Assembly (NCBI GenBank): GCA_002452635.1
Contig: DKEU01000237.1
Span: 1-36,739 of the forward strand
DNA: 36,739 bases
Direction of reading: 5' to 3'
Source: Desulfovibrionaceae bacterium UBA6814
GTDB lineage: Bacteria; Desulfobacterota; Desulfovibrionia; Desulfovibrionales; Desulfovibrionaceae
Part shown: positions 33,304-36,739 of the stretch, in pieces
How positions within the stretch are numbered: the first letter of the stretch is position 1
Layout of the letters: each line of letters opens with the position of its first letter
The notes under the pieces: model-generated
The model's database searches: none
What the model saw: only the letters and a program-made list of their open reading frames with translations
What the model was told of the DNA's origin: nothing
Position numbers and translations under genes: made by a program

Positions 33304-34072
33304 TGTGCACGATCTCTTTGGCCAGAAGTGAGTATTCCACCGCGCCGCGGCTGTTGGGGTCTATCTCGTAGATGACCTTGCCCTTGGCGCTGGCCTCCCG
33401 GAAATTGGTGTCCAGGTTGATGACCGTCTCGAACATCTTGTCCCCGATCTTCTTGCGCAGCAGGTTCAGGACCCGGCGGCAGGCTCCGGCCCGGCGGTCG
33501 AACATGGTGGGCAGGGCGCGGAACTGGATGGGCTGGGGCAGGATGCGGTTCAGGGTGCGGATGGTGTCGCAGATGAGCCGCAGCCCGTGCAGGGCCAGGA
33601 AGTCGGTCTGGATGGGGATGATGACCAAATCCGCGGCCACCAGGGCGTTGACCAGGAGCACCCCCACATGGGGCGGGCAGTCCACCACGATGTAGTCGTA
33701 GTTCTCGCGCACCAGGATGAGGGCGTCGTGGAAAATCTGCCCCCGGCCCGGCCGGGACTTGAGATCCATCTCCAGTTCCGAGAGCCGGATGCTGGAGGCC
33801 ACGAAGTCGAAGCCTCCGGCCTCGGAGGGTTTGACCACCTCCTTCCACAGCCCGGGCCAGTCGGTGCGCTCGGCCTGGAAGATGTCGTAAGCCGTGACCT
33901 TCATGTCCTCAGGGTAGAACGCCAAGTGGATGGACGCGCAGGCGTGCGGGTCCAGGTCCATGACCAGGGTCTTCTTGCCCATGCGCGCCAGCGCGGCCCC
34001 GAGGCTCAACGACGTGGTGGTCTTGCCCACCCCGCCTTTCTGGTTGGCCACGGCCAGAACCTTCGCTCCCAC
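33290..34072 (-). CDS. ParA/MinD-family ATPase embedded in the chemotaxis operon (ParC/PpfA-like)
   Basis: GTG 34072. The deviant Walker A is ANQKGGVGKTTT. DLDPH and VVDCPP are also present. Its 3' end overlaps the cheW start by 14 nt. Confidence 0.85.
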   Translation of the reverse strand: MGAKVLAVANQKGGVGKTTTSLSLGAALARMGKKTLVMDLDPHACASIHLAFYPEDMKVTAYDIFQAERTDWPGLWKEVVKPSEAGGFDFVASSIRLSELEMDLKSRPGRGQIFHDALILVRENYDYIVVDCPPHVGVLLVNALVAADLVIIPIQTDFLALHGLRLICDTIRTLNRILPQPIQFRALPTMFDRRAGACRRVLNLLRKKIGDKMFETVINLDTNFREASAKGKVIYEIDPNSRGAVEYSLLAKEIVHNENA

Positions 34073-34132
34073 GTCGGCCCACTCCTTGTGCCCCGGCGCA
34101 TCGGCTGCCGGAACGTCTCGGGCGTTTACCGT

Positions 34133-34522
34133 CTAGTGCGCCTTGGCGATGAAGTTGCGCAAGGCGTTCCAGTCGTCATGGTCGATGTCCAGGAACCGGA
34201 TGCCTATGTGCCAGCTGGTGAAGGGGACCACGTCGTCCACCCGCACCACCTCGGCGATAGCCTGGAGAAACTGTCCCGCATCGCTCTCGAAGACCTTGAA
34301 GAACCCGGGATGATACTTGTTCAGGCTGGGGATGAAGATCTTCACCTGCAGCTTGTCCCCTGCCTCGAACTTCTTGCGGCATTCCAGGAGCAGCCCGCCG
34401 GCGCTGATGTCGGCGCACGTCACCTCGTAGCTGGGCTGCTTGGCCAGGGGGAAGCGGAACTCCCGGATCTCCACCCGGAAATTCTTCTCCAACCGGCAAT
34501 CCTTGCGCTTGTCGTCGGACAT
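34133..34522 (-). CDS. PilZ-domain protein (c-di-GMP receptor type)
   Basis: 129 aa. RKDCR (RxxxR) and DISAGG (DxSxxG) are both intact. It starts 7 nt downstream of the cheR stop. Confidence 0.85.
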   Translation of the reverse strand: MSDDKRKDCRLEKNFRVEIREFRFPLAKQPSYEVTCADISAGGLLLECRKKFEAGDKLQVKIFIPSLNKYHPGFFKVFESDAGQFLQAIAEVVRVDDVVPFTSWHIGIRFLDIDHDDWNALRNFIAKAH

Positions 34523-34529
34523 GCCCGCC

Positions 34530-35408
34530 TCACTCCTCCTTCCGATAGATAATGGCCCCGGGGTAGTGCATGGGCTTGAAGGCCCGCGAGATGTTGTGCA
34601 GCGACTCCGAATGGCCGATGAGCAGGAAGCCTCCGGGCAACAGGTTGTCGTAGAAGGAGGCGATGACCTGCTTCTTCATTTCGTCGTCGAAGTAGATGAT
34701 GACATTGCGGCAGAAGACCACGTGGGACCGCTCCACCCTTTTGAGTTGGGCGCGGTCCGACAGGTTGATCTGGCCGAAGCTGACCAGGCGCTTGGCCTCC
34801 TGCTTGACCTTGAAGGTCCCGCTGTCCTGCTCGAAATACCTGGTCACCACCTCCTTGGGGGTGGTGCGCAGGGAATACTCGTTGTAGACCCCCTTGCGGG
34901 CCGAGGCCAGCACCGCCTCGGACAGGTCGTTGGCCGTGATCTTCACGTCCCAGGAGGGCAGCTCCCCGCCCAGCACCTCCATGGCCTGCATGGCCACGGT
35001 GTAGGGCTCCTCGCCGGTGGAGCAGCCCGCGCTCCAGATGCGCAGCTTCTTCTCGCCCTTCTTGCGCTGGGCCGCCACCACCTCGGACAGGACGTTGTCC
35101 TGGAACACCTTGAGCTGGGGCGGGTTGCGGTAGAAGCTGGTCTCGTTGGTGGTGACCACCTCGAAGAGCCGGTTCAGCTCCTGCTTGCGCTGCGGGTCGT
35201 ACTGCAAATAGTAGTAGTATTCCCCGAAGGACTTGAGGTTGAGCTGCTTCAGGCGGTTGCGCAGCCGGTTCTCCAGCAGGTACTTGCGGTTGTCCGCGAT
35301 GTAGATGCCGCTCTGGGCGTAGATGTAGTCCCGCAACTGGCGGAACTCGTCGTCGCTGATGACGAATTCCTTGCCCAGGGAAATGGTCTTGGCGAACAGG
35401 GCCGACAT
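34530..35408 (-). CDS. cheR: Chemotaxis protein methyltransferase CheR
   Basis: ATG 35408 gives 292 aa. The motifs are NETSFYRNPPQ, LRIWSAGCSTGEEPYT and VFCRNVIIYFD. The start overlaps the upstream TAA (TAATG). Confidence 0.95.
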   Translation of the reverse strand: MSALFAKTISLGKEFVISDDEFRQLRDYIYAQSGIYIADNRKYLLENRLRNRLKQLNLKSFGEYYYYLQYDPQRKQELNRLFEVVTTNETSFYRNPPQLKVFQDNVLSEVVAAQRKKGEKKLRIWSAGCSTGEEPYTVAMQAMEVLGGELPSWDVKITANDLSEAVLASARKGVYNEYSLRTTPKEVVTRYFEQDSGTFKVKQEAKRLVSFGQINLSDRAQLKRVERSHVVFCRNVIIYFDDEMKKQVIASFYDNLLPGGFLLIGHSESLHNISRAFKPMHYPGAIIYRKEE

Positions 35409-36739
35409 TACGCGCCCCCCTCGCCCTCGTTGCCTTCCTGCTGGATGCGCTCCAGCGCCTCCTCGGCCGGGCCGTGCAGGTCGGCATTGTCGGTATTGAG
35501 GATATCCAGCAGCGAGCGGAAGGCGGCATGGCCGCCGATGGACCCCAGGGCCTCGATGGCCTTGATGGCCAGAAGCTTGTTGGGCTCGACCAAAAGCTCC
35601 ACCAGCCGCTGCACGGCCTCCCGGGATTGGCGCAGGCCCAGGGCCTCCACGGCCCGCACCCGCACCCAGTCGTCCCCGTCGGACAGGGCCTCCAGCAGGT
35701 AGGGCTCCACCTCGGGCCCGGTGCAGGCCCCCATGATGTCCACCACCGTGAGCCGCACGTCCCGGTTCTCGTCCGTGAGCTTGGCCACCACGTGGGGCAG
35801 GTTGGCGGGCAGGTCCAGGACGCACAGCCCGGCAAAGGCCTCCAGGGCCACCTTGCGGATGTCCGGGACCTCGTCCTCCAGGGCCTGGTTGAGCTCCTCG
35901 GTGAAGTTCTCCGGCCCCAGCTTGCCCATGGCGTACACCGCCATGAGCCGCTGCACCGGGTCCTCCGAGGCGAAGAGCCGGCGGAAGCGGTCGCCCATCT
36001 CGGCCCCGTCCACCGCGATGCAGGCCTCCAGGGCGGCCTCCTTCACGTCGTCGTAGGGGTGGGCCAGGAAACCGAAGAGCTGCTCGCCCACCGAGGGATC
36101 CGGGGACAGGCCGCCCAGGACCGTGAGCGCGCTCTTGATGACCGTGCCGTCCTTGTGCCGGTCCAGCACCCGGACCAGGAACTCGGCCAGTCCCTCCACG
36201 CTGGAGCTCTTGAGGGCCACCAGGATGAGACGCTGCACGTCCCGCTCCCGGTCCCAGAACACCTCCATGAGCAGCTTGGCCGCCTCCGGGGAGCGCAGCC
36301 GGGAGAGCACCTCCACCGCGACCCGGCAGGCCTCTGGGGAGCCGGTGCGCACCGCCGCCTCCAGGGCCGGGGTCATGCCGATGGTGGCCAGGGACCGCAC
36401 CGTGGCCTCCAGGCGTTCGGTGGCGTGGTCCGGGTCCATGCGCGCGGCCAGGCCCATCACCGCGGCCGCGGCCTTGGCCCCGCCCACGTGGCCCAGGCCG
36501 GAGATGGCCGCGTCCTGGATGTCCTCCTCCTCGTCGTCCAGGGCCACCAGCAGGTACTCCCGGAACTTCTCCTTCTCGGCCACGGAGAGCAGGTTCAGGG
36601 AGCGGCCCCCCAGGATCTGCACCACGGCCTTGACGATCTTGTTGCGCAGGGCGGTGGAGCTCTTGTCCATGTAGCGCAGGAGCAGGGGCACGGCCTTGAC
36701 GTTGCCCATCTCGCCCAGGGCCTCGGCGATCATGGAGGC
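35408..36739 (-). CDS. HEAT-repeat (PBS-lyase HEAT-like) protein, first visible gene of the chemotaxis operon; the 5' end may lie outside the window
   Basis: The frame is open to the window edge; ATG 36733 is a possible start. There are many repeats of the type A..ALG.ig...Avp.L...L.D....VR..A..AL. Confidence 0.8.
   Translation of the reverse strand, partial: ASMIAEALGEMGNVKAVPLLLRYMDKSSTALRNKIVKAVVQILGGRSLNLLSVAEKEKFREYLLVALDDEEEDIQDAAISGLGHVGGAKAAAAVMGLAARMDPDHATERLEATVRSLATIGMTPALEAAVRTGSPEACRVAVEVLSRLRSPEAAKLLMEVFWDRERDVQRLILVALKSSSVEGLAEFLVRVLDRHKDGTVIKSALTVLGGLSPDPSVGEQLFGFLAHPYDDVKEAALEACIAVDGAEMGDRFRRLFASEDPVQRLMAVYAMGKLGPENFTEELNQALEDEVPDIRKVALEAFAGLCVLDLPANLPHVVAKLTDENRDVRLTVVDIMGACTGPEVEPYLLEALSDGDDWVRVRAVEALGLRQSREAVQRLVELLVEPNKLLAIKAIEALGSIGGHAAFRSLLDILNTDNADLHGPAEEALERIQQEGNEGEGGA

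Noticed and set aside
1-36739. Window-wide scan for rRNA, tRNA, IS elements, integrons and CRISPR arrays
   Set aside because: I saw no conserved rRNA or tRNA sequence blocks, transposase-like ORFs, terminal inverted repeats or regularly spaced repeats. This was a manual reading and should be confirmed with tRNAscan-SE, Infernal and ISEScan.

Overview
This is a high-GC chromosomal segment. Hand counts on sampled 60-nt lines give about 70% G+C. Its gene content resembles a Desulfovibrio-like sulfate-reducing deltaproteobacterium, but that is inference from gene content only. I call 36 protein-coding genes and found no rRNA, tRNA, CRISPR array or transposase.

Gene order, left to right:
- 3' end of a phosphofructokinase gene
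- BNR/sialidase-like beta-propeller
- AMIN-domain protein
- LOG-family hydrolase
- secreted Zn-phospholipase-C-like protein
- YaiI, YjbQ and DedA, the last preceded by a coupled 38-codon CxxC ORF
- DUF202 protein, ZIP metal transporter, exported GH3 hexosaminidase
- orphan CheX, AsmA, EamA transporter
- AddA/AddB-type helicase-nuclease pair
- PPC(DUF296)-XRE pair
- minus-strand run cpoB-dprA-CHASE4/PAS histidine kinase-xerC
- polytopic membrane protein
- minus-strand chemotaxis operon: HEAT-repeat protein, cheR, PilZ, ParA-like ATPase, cheW, cheY, cheA

The most unusual locus is 27381-29221. About 1.8 kb lies between the membrane-protein gene and the end of cheA, bracketed by perfect 27-nt direct repeats that are copies of a GC-rich terminator hairpin. 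It carries three genes:
- a minimal nucleotidyltransferase-fold gene
- a tightly coupled 73-codon ORF
- a strikingly AT-rich orphan gene (sampled lines 25-37% G+C) for a two-domain protein with a DUF4062/TIR-like Rossmannoid N-domain and a winged-helix-like C-domain

I flag this as a candidate undescribed conflict or defence module. Most long ORFs in the supplied track that lie antisense to or overlap these genes are high-GC artefacts. All homology statements come from my reading of motifs, not from database searches.
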